NCBI RefSeq assembly: GCF_018350175.1 | Contig: NC_058373.1 | Coordinates: 103,232,001-103,296,000, forward strand | Direction: 5' to 3' | Source of the DNA: Felis catus | Lineage: Eukaryota | DNA length: 64,000 nt | Shown here: positions 49,530 through 61,628 of the stretch, piece after piece | How the letters are laid out: the number at the start of each line of letters is the position of its first letter | Position numbering within the stretch: position 1 is the stretch's first letter | Notes under the pieces: generated by a model | Seen by the model: only the letters and a program-made list of their open reading frames with translations | Databases searched by the model: none | Told to the model about the DNA's origin: nothing | Translations under genes and position numbers: made by a program

Positions 49530-49712
49530 CAGCGCTGATAACGGAGCTGTGCCGGAGATAAGTGGCTAGCTGATAAGTCAGGCGGACGGTCAGGCCTAGT
49601 GTGGTTCTGGGACCTGGAGAGCAGAAGCCCACCTGAGACCAAGCCCCCGCCCCACCCCCTAAAACTGGCCACGCCCTCTGGGAAGCTGAAGCTGCCTTTC
49701 ACAGACCACCCC
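49530..49712. promoter_or_regulatory. Candidate GATA/KLF/RUNX enhancer module
   Basis: WGATAA at 49536, 49556 and 49571; TGTGGTT at 49600; CCCCGCCCCACCC near 49645; CCACGCCC at 49669; locally retained CpGs. Confidence 0.5.
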
Positions 49713-50308
49713 TGAGACCTGTAAAACCTGCCCTTCAAAAGAGCAAAGGCTGCAGGGAACACTGAATTTCGGCCACTGAGGAGGAGAGGAAAGGCTTACC
49801 TAAGGAGAATCTGGCTTTGAGACGTAAAGGGAGCCACTCAGGTGACCTGGTTAAAGAGGGACAGAGCAGATGAAGGTGAGGCCACCACAGGGTCACGTGG
49901 AGAATGTGGAAACAGGCACACATGCTTTCAGCGCCCTGATCTCCACCTACCCACACAGTGCTCAGGAATGGACATGTCATCTTCTAAAACCAAGTACAGA
50001 AGACTGCTGTTTGCCAGATTCCATACTGGGATGGAGTCTCTGCTCCCTCTGAAACGTCTCTAACTGCTGACACGAGGAGGCCTTTCCTGACTGCAGGGAA
50101 GAGTCTGACCACAGGGGTGGCTCCGTTCCTCTTGTGCAGAAGAGCAGAGGAGACTTACCCTGAAGGAAGCCTTCAGCTACCGGAAATCATCCACATAGAT
50201 GAGTTTTATAGAAAGTCGATGGTGGAAACATTCACGTTTTATTTAAACCTTTTGGGTGGTTACGTCCTCCCTGGAGACCAGGTGTTCTTGTTTCCTTTTT
50301 TCTTTTAA

Positions 50309-50519
50309 AAAAAATTTTTAAAATGTCTGTTTATTTCTGAGAGAGAGAGCGTGAGCTGGGAGGAGCAGAGAGAGAGAGAGGGAGACACGGAATCTGAAGC
50401 AGGCTCCAGGCTCTGAGCTGTCAACACGGAGCCCGATGCAGGGCTCAAACCCATGAACCATGAGATCATGACCTGAGCCGAAGTTGGATGCTTAACTGAC
50501 TGAGCTACCCAGGTGCCCC
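50309..50519 (-). mobile_element. CAN-SINE (SINEC)
   Basis: SINE body flanked by cctttttt...ttttaa on both sides. Confidence 0.93.
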
Positions 50520-52822
50520 CCCCCTTTTTTTTTTTTTAACAAAACAGGGGTAACCATGCTCAGCTAATAGAATTCTGAAGAGCTTAGCATACATATCCTG
50601 ACAACATGTGGCATCTACGGGAGGAAGTCAAAAGTCCCTTCTTCATCTCTCCCACAAAGACAATAATAGAGCAGGAATTCATTGACTGGAATAACCATTA
50701 TTTTATACTAAGGCCTGTTTCCTCTATGCATGATGATCCTAGGCTGCTCTCCTTTTTTAGTTTCGGACAGCTTTTGAATTTTTCTACCTCCTCTCCTTAA
50801 CTTTTTAAAAAATGTTTATTGAGCTCCCGGCTATATTATGCTAGAAGCTTTTACGTATATTCCCTCATTTTATCTTCTTAGCAGGATGACCTTCTCATTG
50901 GTCTGCATATGTATGGCCTAACTAAAGACACTTTGTAGGTGTGATTTTTTTTTTTTTTTCAATTTTCAACAATCATTTTGCTGGGTATGGATTAGAAGCA
51001 GGAAAGACTTCGTTCTCTTAATTTGTCTTAGATTTCCCTCTCATCATTATTAAAAGTATTTGAGTTGTTGGATAAATCCAGCATGGCATGACATTTGAAA
51101 AGGTAAGAATAAAAACATCTGATATGTAGTTGGAGGTCCCTGTGTAGCTATGTGCCAGGCACTCTTAGAAACCCTTTATTCATTTATTTTAGTTAAAACT
51201 ACTCTGTTGGATATAAAGAGGAATTGTCTGTCCATGGGAAAAGACATATTAATGTAGTATGACTTCGAATGAAATATTTTTATCAACAGTGATTCACAAA
51301 GAATTAGTTTTGATGGAAGAACTCTTTTTAGTTCACAGTGACGGGGGGGGGGGGGGCGGGGTAGGGAGCAGGGCTAGCCCCAGTCCGTACCAGAGCAAAT
51401 AGTGCCCTCTCTAAGCAGACACTGCCCCTGTGGCACAAGGCTTGGTGATGGATGGTGCTTTTGTGCAAGATAGGAAAAAGCCTCCCTTTCTCTGGTGGAC
51501 ACAGCTCATCACCAGGGTGTGTGGTTCAGGGAACTGTACAGGCTTGATTTCAGCCCCTTGTCCTCCCTGATGCATGGCACCACCTGACCTAAATTTGCCC
51601 CAGCAGTCCGGGAGGGAGCTGCAATGTTGATGGAGAGAAGGCGGAGAACAAATGTAGGAGAGAACAGGCAGGGGTTAAAATGATAGATTGTGAACTGGCC
51701 AACGATCAAAAGAATTATTTCAGAGTGGGGGTGGGGGAGAATGGCTGTGGTCCCCTCTGCTTGAGGCATGTAAGGCAGTTTGGTCCTCCCAGTGACCCTT
51801 GATGCTCATGGCCCCATTCATCTCTAGAGCCTGTAACCAAAACCCAAGGGATGGCTCTGCAAACCCAGGAAAGTTCCATTGCTCTTAACCACCCAGCTGT
51901 CAGTGGAACCTTTCTTTCCTTAACCTGAACTCCCTTCTCTGATCTGAATTTCTGTAACTGGAGAACTTAAATACAGAGCTTGTTCAGGAGGGGGCTTGTT
52001 CTTAGGCTCCCAAGGCTTTCAGGAGCAAAGAATTAAGCTGTAGGAACACTGTGAAATGCACTAGAGCCTTGACCGTCTCTCCCTTGATTCATATGTGGGC
52101 ATCTCCAGAACTCAGATTCCCTGCCGCTGAGTTTTCTTCGGCCCAGAGGTGGTGAGAGCTGGCCCTTGGTCTTTGAAGAATGGCCTGGTCTCTACTCCCA
52201 CATTATCCTGTTCTGTGGATTGCAGATGTGCAGAGAAAGGCGAGAATTGTGGGTAGGATGCAGTCCTAACAATAGGAAAGCAAAATATGGAAGCAGATGT
52301 GGATTGGATGTGGAGAAAGGACCATGTTGTTGTAAAAGAGCCTATTTATAACTTGGGTACACATCTTGATTATTTTCCTTTTCATACTAGAAGATATTTG
52401 ATCACTTACTAACTTCATTGAGGACCAGATACAGATTTTAATACCATATGCAGTAACTTTCCAAACTTGCATAAAAAATCACAGTAGGGTTTTTATTTCT
52501 TCCTGTTTGAAAATCATTCTAATTTCACAAGAATTCAGTGCCATTTGCTAAAATTACAGAAAGAGATTAATTTGCCAGTTTGTATCATATAATACCTGTT
52601 TTCCTCCACCCATCTCCCATGTTGGCAAATGTAAATGTATGGGGATGGTGAGATCAATGTACATTAGAGTATATTTCTGAGGAAAACAAAATGGTTTCAC
52701 AGTCTACAAAATAATGGGGCAATATAAATTGATCTTATGAAGGAATGTGGATGAACATGGCTTTTAAAAGGAGAAAAGGGGATTGAAGAAGTGTATATAT
52801 GCTTTAAAAGTTCTGGTTTAGA

Positions 52823-52992
52823 GGGGCACCTGGGTGGCTCAGTTGGTTAAGCCTCTGACTCTTGATTTAGGCTCAGGTCATGTGAGATAGAGCTCCGCAT
52901 CGGGCTCCCTGCTGAGTGAAGCCTGCTTGCCCCTCTCTGCCCCTCTCTTCAGCTTGTGTTCTCTCTCTCTCTCAATGAAAAAAAAAAAAATT
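52823..52992 (+). mobile_element. CAN-SINE (older subfamily)
   Basis: ggggcacctgggtggctcagttggttaagc head and A tail. Degenerate TSD aaagttc(t/a)g(g/a)ttt. Confidence 0.9.
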
Positions 52993-53335
52993 ACTTTTTT
53001 AAAGTTCAGATTTGGAACGCACAACAGGTTTGGAACTCAGCAGGCTCAGAAGTATCCAGAAGAATACATGGATGGTTAAGACATTCATTTGAACGGACTG
53101 GTTTCATGTAAAGGGCTTCACGTTCAGTTAGTGGAATACTTCGATAAAGTCATTTAATATTGCTTTCAAGTATAGGCACTTGTGATTTAGACTCAGTGTC
53201 AGGCAGATTCTCTGCTTTGGCCTTCATTTAATCTGTCCCAAATCTCCTGTCCCACCAGGTGGTGACTGTGACTTCACGTGCTCTATAGTTTTTTTTAAAG
53301 TTGGAATCTTCTGACTTGGAAAGTCCACTGCTATC

Positions 53336-53350
53336 TTGCCCTCTAGTGGC
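53336..53350 (-). promoter_or_regulatory. CTCF core motif
   Basis: Minus strand GCCACTAGAGGGCAA matches the CTCF core CCASYAGRKGGCR without mismatch, in non-repeat sequence. Confidence 0.5.
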
Positions 53351-53492
53351 TTTTTAAAAATTCATTGATAGTTCATTCTGAAACAGCTGGTACAGTTGTT
53401 GCTCTTGAGAAAGGGTCGTCTGTTCAAAGTTCAGTAGGGACAGAATTCCTACAACATTACCTAGTGTGTTTTGTGTCTCTCTCTCCTTTTAG

Positions 53493-53519
53493 AAACCGGA
53501 GATCACTAGAGTGTGTCAG
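53493..53519 (+). CDS. Candidate 27-nt frame-preserving microexon of an unidentified host gene
   Basis: Strong acceptor gtctctctctccttttAG, 27 nt open in two phases (KPEITRVCQ or xNRRSLECVS/R), weak donor CAG/GTTTTG. Confidence 0.35.
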
Positions 53520-53779
53520 GTTTTGTTTTTATTAACCCACAGAAGCAACTCAGAATTTAGATAATCTATTTTTTGTGTAATAGTTTCAATATCTATGTAT
53601 AAGTGGAATAAGAAGGTTTTGCTACATTTGTGCAGGCCTTATTGGCTATCGTTGTATTTTAAGAAGGTGGTCTTTTCTTCTTTGGACTGGGAGACTCATG
53701 AAAATGTCAGTACATAAAGTATAGTTGAGTCAAAATGTAACAACTTTGCCGGCACACGCAATCCTCTGTTGGCTGCTGC

Positions 53780-53990
53780 TGCCTTTTCTGGGTTCCCTCG
53801 TGCTCCTTACATAATCCTGTCGTAGCGACAGCCGCATTACTCTATAATCACTCATCTGCCAGTTGGTCTCTCTCTGGGTGCTCTAACTGGAAGGTCTTGG
53901 TATGTGCATATGTCTGTATCTTCAGTGTTATGTGTCCCCAGAGCCTACCATAATGCTGGCTGCTTAGTATGTCAAGAATGAATAAATACA
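53780..53990 (+). mobile_element. L2 3' fragment
   Basis: gtgtccccagagcctaccataatgctggc...gaatgaataaat. Confidence 0.6.
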
Positions 53991-54719
53991 TACCCTCATG
54001 TGTATGAGATCAGTGTAAATGGTAAAGGGGACCAATGAGAATGGAGATCTGGCCCTGGGAAACAGAATAAGACCCGTCCCAAGAATCCTGAGCAGCTGTA
54101 TGAACTTGGGGACTCCAGAGATCCAGGCTGTGTTGTACATTACACCACTGTTAATAGAACAGTTTCGAAGCAGGGTAGAGGGGCTAATTCCTCCAGCAAT
54201 CCAGGCACTGGAGAGTGGAAGCTGTGGAGAGTTCAAACTGAGCACTGGGTTTGGGAGGAGGTAAAACCCCAAGAAGGAACAGTGCCCTCAAGGCTACCAG
54301 GGCTGGTAGAGGAGCCGGAGATGAGAGCAAGACCCTGGATGAGGCTCATGGTGCACTGAGCCTCCCCTAGAGCTCCCTGAGTCACATGAGGTGGGGTCTG
54401 TAATTGATCCGAACTGGACGTGCTTCCAGGGAGGCCCTGTGCAAGTTGCATGAATGATAGAAGCCCAGACAGTCCTCCAGCAGATGCAGCAGTTCCAAAC
54501 TGTTGTCTTCTCTGGAGAGCTTTTACGCACATTTGTTCTTTGCCACTCTGTTCTCCGTGTCCCAGAGAAGCAGAAGCTACCAAAAACAATTGAGGAGAAC
54601 CTATCCAGAGAAGCCTTCTGACTTGGGGCAGCCTCCACACCACCTCCCCACACCTGTCCCAGTGGTCCAGCACTTCCCTGGGGGCGAGGGGGCTCCTGGA
54701 TCCCCCTTGTCCCCATCCC

Positions 54720-54880
54720 AGTGTTTAGGATCTCTGTTGTCATGTGGAAGCTGAGGCATAGAGAGATTATGAGCCTTGCCCAAGGTGACACAGTCGTGTG
54801 TTCAGCTAACACACTGTGCATCCTGGGTTTGAACTCCCATCTGATTTCAGAATCTGTGCTTAAAACAGTAGTCTACATTT
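54720..54880 (-). mobile_element. MIR fragment
   Basis: ggaagctgaggcatagagag...ccttgcccaaggtgacacag...gggtttgaactcc. Confidence 0.7.
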
Positions 54881-56059
54881 CCAGTGTAAGAACTGACTGC
54901 CCTAGTTAGGGTTTCCAGGGGAAAACGCACATTAAAACCTCCCTGTGGCCAAAAAACCTCAGGTGCGCCGAGGTAACTCCTGACTGACTCCGCTCTCCCT
55001 CCTTTCCTCTGCTTATCTGGTGTAGATCTGACCTACCTGTCTCCTCCTTCCCCGGATTCTCTCCACATCGGCCTTCCTGCACCTAGTTCCCAGGTTCCTG
55101 CACAGGTGTGTTAGTTCTACCTTCCCCCTTTGTTTCTCACCCTTGTCCACCTCCCTGCGTATCAACCTGGGGCCAGCCTGCTGTGGCCACCTGACGAGTG
55201 CTGTTCACCAGACTCTCTTGATTCCAGGATCATTTGAGGCAGAAAGGGGCTTTGTTCTTTCCTGATAGCAATTAATGACACAAAAGTGAGGGGAGGTGGC
55301 GTTATGCTCTTTTCTAACCCACTTGGATGGATTTCAGACCATAATTTCTAAATAAATATGCAGGTAATTACATGTGCCTAAAATTCTAATCATTACATGT
55401 TTGCACTAAAACCATTTTCTGAATTCCTAGTTTAACTCTCCCCCTCCCTCCAGACTCAGATGCACTGACACTCGAGATGACATTCTGTAACTATTAATTT
55501 CCTAAAGGTTCCTTTTAATTGATTTTACTGAAAAAAATTCTCTGGGGTTCAATATTATAATTGAATGATGTTTTGTTTTGCCTAGTTAGGCATAAGTTCA
55601 AAGACTCTGGAGTACGTTGACTAGTATTAGTGAACTTTATCTCTTAAGTACCAGCATTTAAAAAAAAATCATGTTTGGTGAAATCAAATTTTATAGAATA
55701 GCTACATTAGGAGGGATTATTCACATTACAAAATGACTTTTTGCTTCATGAAATAACTTGCCATTGTATTCTTTTAAGTAAAAGCCCCACAGGGCTCTAA
55801 AACGTGATTCCTATATAGAAACTTAAACATCTGTGGAAATTTTCAGGATTGTGAACATTATATAAAATGAAAATGTACCACCTATCATTAGCTATATTTT
55901 ATTTTTATTTGTAAGTGTTACCTGCAGAGACTTCAGAGATGCACCAATCTGGCATTTGTCGTATACCATTCCTCTTTTATATTAAGATCATTATTAAATT
56001 ATTCCTCCTTTGTTTCCTCAGTGGTTCAGCCCAGAAGCCATTAGACAGGATGGAGCCAG

Positions 56060-56600
56060 GCAGCCATCTATGTGGGAAGTGGGGTGGGGGTCGCGCTGGT
56101 CCAACTGGGGTGAGGAGGGTGTTGTGGAGGGCAGCCCGTGGGGCAGGTGGCCTTGGCCCAGTTGGGGGTGAGGAGGGCAGCCTGGTGTGAGTGTCAGAAC
56201 CTGCGAGGGGTGAGATGGATGGCCTGGGTGGAATGGGGTATGACAGTGTTCCTGATCCAGAGTGTTCAAGCCCACGTGGAGTGAGGAGGGTGCCCTAGTG
56301 GGATTGGGGGCTGAGTAGCAGCAATGAGAGATCCATATAAGGGAATTGATCAAATATGTAAGTATATTGAGGATAATGGGAGCCAGATTTGACTTCCAAG
56401 AAAGAATTCTGAATATGGAAAGGGAGAAAACTACAGTGAATGCTGTGGTGTTAGATTGGAATTGGATATCAGTACAAATTAATGAATTTCAGTGAATACA
56501 GACCTACAGAAACAAGTAGAGATGTATCCGTACACTTAAGTGTAGCCTCTGGCTGTGTTCACTGGCAGCCTAGGAGCAGCAACCCACCAGGAACAGTGAA
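56060..56600 (+). mobile_element. L1MC-like 3' UTR fragment, followed by a SINE 3' stub (about 56605-56690)
   Basis: Repeated gtgaggaggg units and aaatatgtaagtatattgaggataatgggagccag...gtggtgttagattggaattgga are typical of the L1MC3-type UTR. Confidence 0.65.
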
Positions 56601-57008
56601 CCCACTGACAGCACGCCTGCTTGGGATTCTTTCTCCCCTCCTCTCTCTGCCCCTCTCCTGCTTGCACTTTCTTTCTCTTAAACTTAAAAAGAATTATAAA
56701 TTTTTGGAAAACTGGATTTTAAAACATTTAATTATTCGCTTTCCAATTATAAGGAATTGATTTTAGGTAGTAGAAGCGTTAGTTCATGGAATTTGGTTCT
56801 GCTTCTGTTTTGGTGCTAGCGAGATTCCACCCCCTGGAAATCCACCGGTTTTGCGTCTTTCTAGATATTAGTGGGATATTGAAAGAGAGGTAGCATTAGG
56901 AACTGTAACTGGATCACCTTTTAAACTTGAACTTTTGACAGGTGTATCGCTCTAGTTTAACACTTGTTCCCATGTGTAATGCATCAGATAGTCTAATAAA
57001 CCCACTTT

Positions 57009-57224
57009 AAAAAAATTTTTTTTAACGTTTATTTATTTTTGAGACAGAGAGAGACAGAGCATGAACGGGGGAGGGTCAGAGAGAGGGAGACACAGAATCT
57101 GAAACAGGCTCCAGGCTCTGAGCGGTCAGCACAGAGCCTGACGCGGGGCTCAAACTCACGGACCGCGAGATCATGACCTGAGCTGAAGTCGGACGCTCAA
57201 CCGACTGAGCCACCCAGGCGCCCC
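57009..57224 (-). mobile_element. Young CAN-SINE (felid)
   Basis: CpG-rich. Perfect TSD taataaacccacttt at 56994-57008 and 57225-57239. Confidence 0.96.
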
Positions 57225-58845
57225 TAATAAACCCACTTTTTATTCATCCCTCTGATTTATTACCATCAACTTTGAGACTGATGTAGTAGTGATGTTTGGA
57301 TCATGACATACCTTTTTTAGAGAAGAAAACCTATGAGGCAATCCTGGGTCCTGTATATCTAGCAGGATCCAATCCCTTTTTATGAGGTCATTGAAACCAG
57401 TGGAATGAGAATGATGCTGTCCTTGGATGATTTTGCCTGATACGTGTTCTATAAATGTACGTTAGCGTGAAGGTAAGAACACTGCACTCCCCTGAGAGTC
57501 AAAAAAGAATACAGATACTTGGTTATTTTAAACCTTGGTTAACCTCTCCATTTTGTAATGAAACTTTTCAATGTTTCATTTTGACTTAGTCCCACATTCA
57601 GTCAGCTGGAGACTCTGACTTGGAAGCCATACTGCTAAGACCACTTCCCACCTTTTCCTCAAGTGCTTTTTCGTAATGAAAGTGACACATGGAAATAGTA
57701 ATGCTCTACTCCAAACCCAAGGGGCAAAATCTGCTGCAGAGTTCATGTATCACTTTAATAAATTTTGTGTTCATTGAGTTTTTTTTTAAGTTCACTCTTT
57801 TGTGAGGTTGATAAAATTAAATTTTTAGAGTTTATAAATATGCATTTACCTATGCTAGCATGTTTCAAAATAAGCATGCTTGGTGTTGACTTAAAACACA
57901 TTTACATAGGCCTATGTATACAAATACTTAGCACTGTTCTAGCTACAGCTCTTTGTACAGAGATAAACTGTCGTCTAATGAATACCAGGAAGAGACTTAT
58001 TCACAGGGTTTAGTTACTTATGCTTTATGTATTAACTTTTACAGCTGCTCTAATAGATGGATTATGAATGAGACTTCAGCTTATCCAGAATCTTAGCCAG
58101 CTTTGGATATTGTGTGTGTGATGCATGTTTATACATGTCTTTTATCTCCATTCCATTTTTGACCAATGCTGTAGCTAAAGAACTGTAGCTTCTACAGTTC
58201 TTATTCTCACTATCGTTTTTGCTGGCTCTTATTCATGGTGCCTTGCTTTTGTGTATATTTTTGCTTTGTTTTTACGATGAGTCCGTGTTTCTTAGGTTTT
58301 ATGCAGAATTCTCTGCAACCAGAGTTGAACCAAAGAGGAATTTCCTTTGCTTCTCCTAGATGACTGGAATCACTTTCCACCCCTGGAGACCCCTGGAAAC
58401 CCAACTCTCAACTTGAGGTTTTGGGTACTTTAAGTTATTTTGGGGCACAATCTTATATAAGGTCTGGCTTGTGGTTCTGAATTCTTGGAGGTGCAGGGAT
58501 ATTCCCCCTTCACTTAGCACCGAGATTTGAACAAGTGTTGTCTTTGCAGTCCTGAGATGTCCAATTCTAAACATGGAGGGTGATGTATGGTCCTTTGGAG
58601 TATGTCCTGTTTAGACAGTCCACTTTGGGTGGGCCCTGAGTTGGTTGGGTTTTTTTGTTTGTTTTTTTTAATGCCTCTAACCACCAAGAGACTGTGCAAA
58701 CAAAAGCTAAAGTCCACCCAGACCAGCAGATGCCTCTAAAGCAGAAGCCACTTTGACTCCCCTGCTTGCTTCTTGTGCTTCCTGCCTTCACTTAATTTTT
58801 GGCTTCTCATGTTCCTTAATAACTGGCCAGCTCATATCTAGCTAT

Positions 58846-59060
58846 TTTTTTTTAATTTTTAAAATATTTTTTATTTATTTTTGATAGAGACAGCACAAGT
58901 GGGGGAGGGGCAGAGGGAGAAGGAGACACAGAATCTGAAGCAGGCTCCAGGCTCCGAGCTGTAAGCACAGAGCCCAATGGGGGGCTCAAACTCACAAACC
59001 GCAAGATCATGACCTGAGCCGAAGTCGGACGCTTAACTGACTGAGCCACCTAGGTGCCCC
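58846..59060 (-). mobile_element. CAN-SINE (first of tandem pair)
   Basis: Complete SINE body flanked by ctatttttt on both sides. Confidence 0.94.
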
Positions 59061-59064
59061 TCTA

Positions 59065-59269
59065 TTTTTTTTTTTTTTTAACGTTTATTTTTTAAGAGAC
59101 ATAGAGCACAAGTTGGGGAGGAGCAGAGAGAGGAGACACAGAATCTGAAGTAGGCTCCAGGCTCTGACTGTCAGCACAGAGCCTGATGTGGGGCTCAAAC
59201 TCACAAACTATGAGATGATGGCCTGAGCTGAAGTCCGATACTTAACCGACTGAGCCACCCAGGTACCTC
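59065..59269 (-). mobile_element. CAN-SINE (second of tandem pair)
   Basis: Complete SINE body. Outer TSD tctagctat at 58837-58845 and 59270-59278. Confidence 0.94.
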
Positions 59270-61628
59270 TCTAGCTATCTGTATTTAATGTTTTAGCCAA
59301 TATTTTTAGTTCTCATTGTGAGGATAGGTCAGAGTGCCTATTTGGACAGACTCTCAGAAATGGAAGTCCTCAGTTCTTAAAATGGCTTTGAACCTTTCTC
59401 TATGAAGCCTACTTCCCAACACGGCTGGTGTCCCTTTTACAGAATTCAAGTCAGAGAGGCGCCCAGACCCTACTTTAATATCCAATGCTCACCACTTGTT
59501 CAGAATCCCATCTAGTTGAACAACTTTGATTTTTAAATCCTTTTTTTTTTCCTTACATGGAACTAAATTCTAGCTGTCTTTAATTCTCAGTTGTTGAAGC
59601 AACACAAGGGAAATCTCCCCTTTCCGTGGGGCATGACTCGAAATCTCCACCACCAAGCGTCAGGACTGCTGATGATTCCTTCCGTTTGGTGTCTAGTTTG
59701 TCAGCTCCTCAGGCACTGCACGTTTAGAACCGCATCAGATATCCCAGATAGGGCCCGGCCATGTCTGAGTGCATGGACTGCCTGGACACCTCTGCTTCCC
59801 AGGCTTTCCCGAGCAGCTCTGTCACATGCTTCATTACAGTTCACTGAGCTCATAATAGGCTCTTCCCTCCCACTCCCACCCTGATCTTCATGTCAGCTCT
59901 TTGAAGCCAGATCTTATTCATCCCAAAATTGCAGATAATGGTGCATTTTAAAAGGGTAAGTGACGCACTGTTATCTGATTCTTTTTGGAACCGGTGTATT
60001 AAACCCCAATATGTTCTCTTTATCTTTGCTTAAGGGTAATTTCCCTCAATGTAAAATAATCTAGGATCTCAAACTCCTAAATTGTTAGTTTGAAAACCTA
60101 GCACTTGCATTTCATATGTTGCCAATCAATTCTGTCTGCAGGAATTGATAGCTACTCAGTTATAATTAATAACTAAACTTATTGAATTGGTAATATGCCT
60201 CTTGCAGTTATAGAGTCTCTTGAAAGCTGTTTTGTGAAGGAGTTTCATTTACTATCCTTAATTTAAGGAAAGAGATTCAAGTTCTCGAAGTCTCGTGTTA
60301 TCCAACATTTGCTGTCAATTGCCATTTTATACTGACGGCATTAATTACATTTCCTGCTGATTTCAGTCTTGTAGTCCATAGTATATCCAAAAATCTATTA
60401 GTTACAATTTATACGCTTGTAAATATTTCTGGAAGGCTGTTCTGGCAGTGGTAGTACAGTTAAAGGTGTTTAGTGTCCTTAATTCATCCCTACAATCATC
60501 TGGCTCCTCTTCCCAAAATAAAACCTTTGTCCTTCTGTTTCCTGTTTTGAATTGCTCACTTTTGGCCGGCGGTCTTATAAGTCTTGTATAGACTTATTGT
60601 GATTACATTTATGACAGAATTGTTCAAAATCTCAGACAAATTCTAATCAGTTAGTTACTAAGCCCATTCATGAATTTAATTGTACAAGGACACAAAGCAT
60701 GTGTCTGGAAGCCAGCTGAGTGGCAGTTTCAGTGCCTGTGAGCATACTCGACAAAGATGTTAACCAGGAGGATTTGTGGGTTAAACACCTTATTTTAAGG
60801 TTCACATGAAAATGATTTATTCAGTGAACTAGAAAAAAAAAAATCCTTGCCTAGCCATAAAAGAGGTTAGAAAAATAACAAGTTTGGGAGGTAGCTGAAA
60901 AACTTCCTTGAAGTCATTAAAAGCAACTCAAGCAGTAAATTAAGCATGCTTTATTGTTAGTGGTTAAAAATATTTTTTCATTGATTTTTGATTGAAAGCA
61001 TGAATTAACTGTAAATCATGTCACATTTTTTTTCTTTTTTTTCTTCTTTTTTTGCAGAGGACCTTTTTATGCTAACATTTGTTAGTGACCTGGAGATATT
61101 ATTTTAAAGTATAAATCCATCTTAATAAAGGGGCTAAAATCATGGAAAACATTATTTATTAAACCACAGTTGATACTTATTGCCTGCCTCTGTGTAGTTT
61201 CAAACTGCAGAACAGTTGTGCTCATCAGTTTCAGATAATCCAGAAAGATAAGATATACTTACATGTTCTCTCTTGAAATTGAGAATAGGGAAATAGCCTC
61301 AAAAGAGAGTATCTTAGAGTATCTGTTTTTAAAAATTCTCGATGGACCTTACAGGAGAAAGCTTGATTTGAATTCAATTTAAGTCATTTGAGTTTTGTAG
61401 CCCTATCTAACAGAAGAGAACTGACTTTATTAAAGAGTAAACAGGATGCTGTAATGTTTTCTTTAGTTAAGCATGCTCTAGATTTTTGCTTTTAAACCTG
61501 CCTTTATTAATACTAATAACATATTTGTAGAGTACTTTCCTGTTTCTTTTACTTGATTACTTCAAGAGCTCTGTTCTTTTACTCGATTACCTCAAGAGCT
61601 CTGAGAGACAGAGTAAACAATGTTTTGT

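Larger units (their letters stand above)
58200..59370 (-). mobile_element. Ancient L1M/HAL1-type 5' end interrupted by two SINEs
   Basis: The minus strand starts gacttccatttctg at about 59368. ccttcacttaatttttggcttct...ggccagctcat resembles old L1M 5' regions. Confidence 0.55.

Noticed and set aside
51343..51373. Poly-G run with G-quadruplex potential, and poly-C runs near 5836, 7647, 20196 and 43713
   Set aside because: Simple homopolymers are common, length-unstable and error-prone in assemblies, and nothing else supports function.
53964..54821. Cluster of 102-175 aa ORFs
   Set aside because: They are overlapping frames in GC-richer DNA that partly overlaps MIR and L2 pieces, with no domain motifs.
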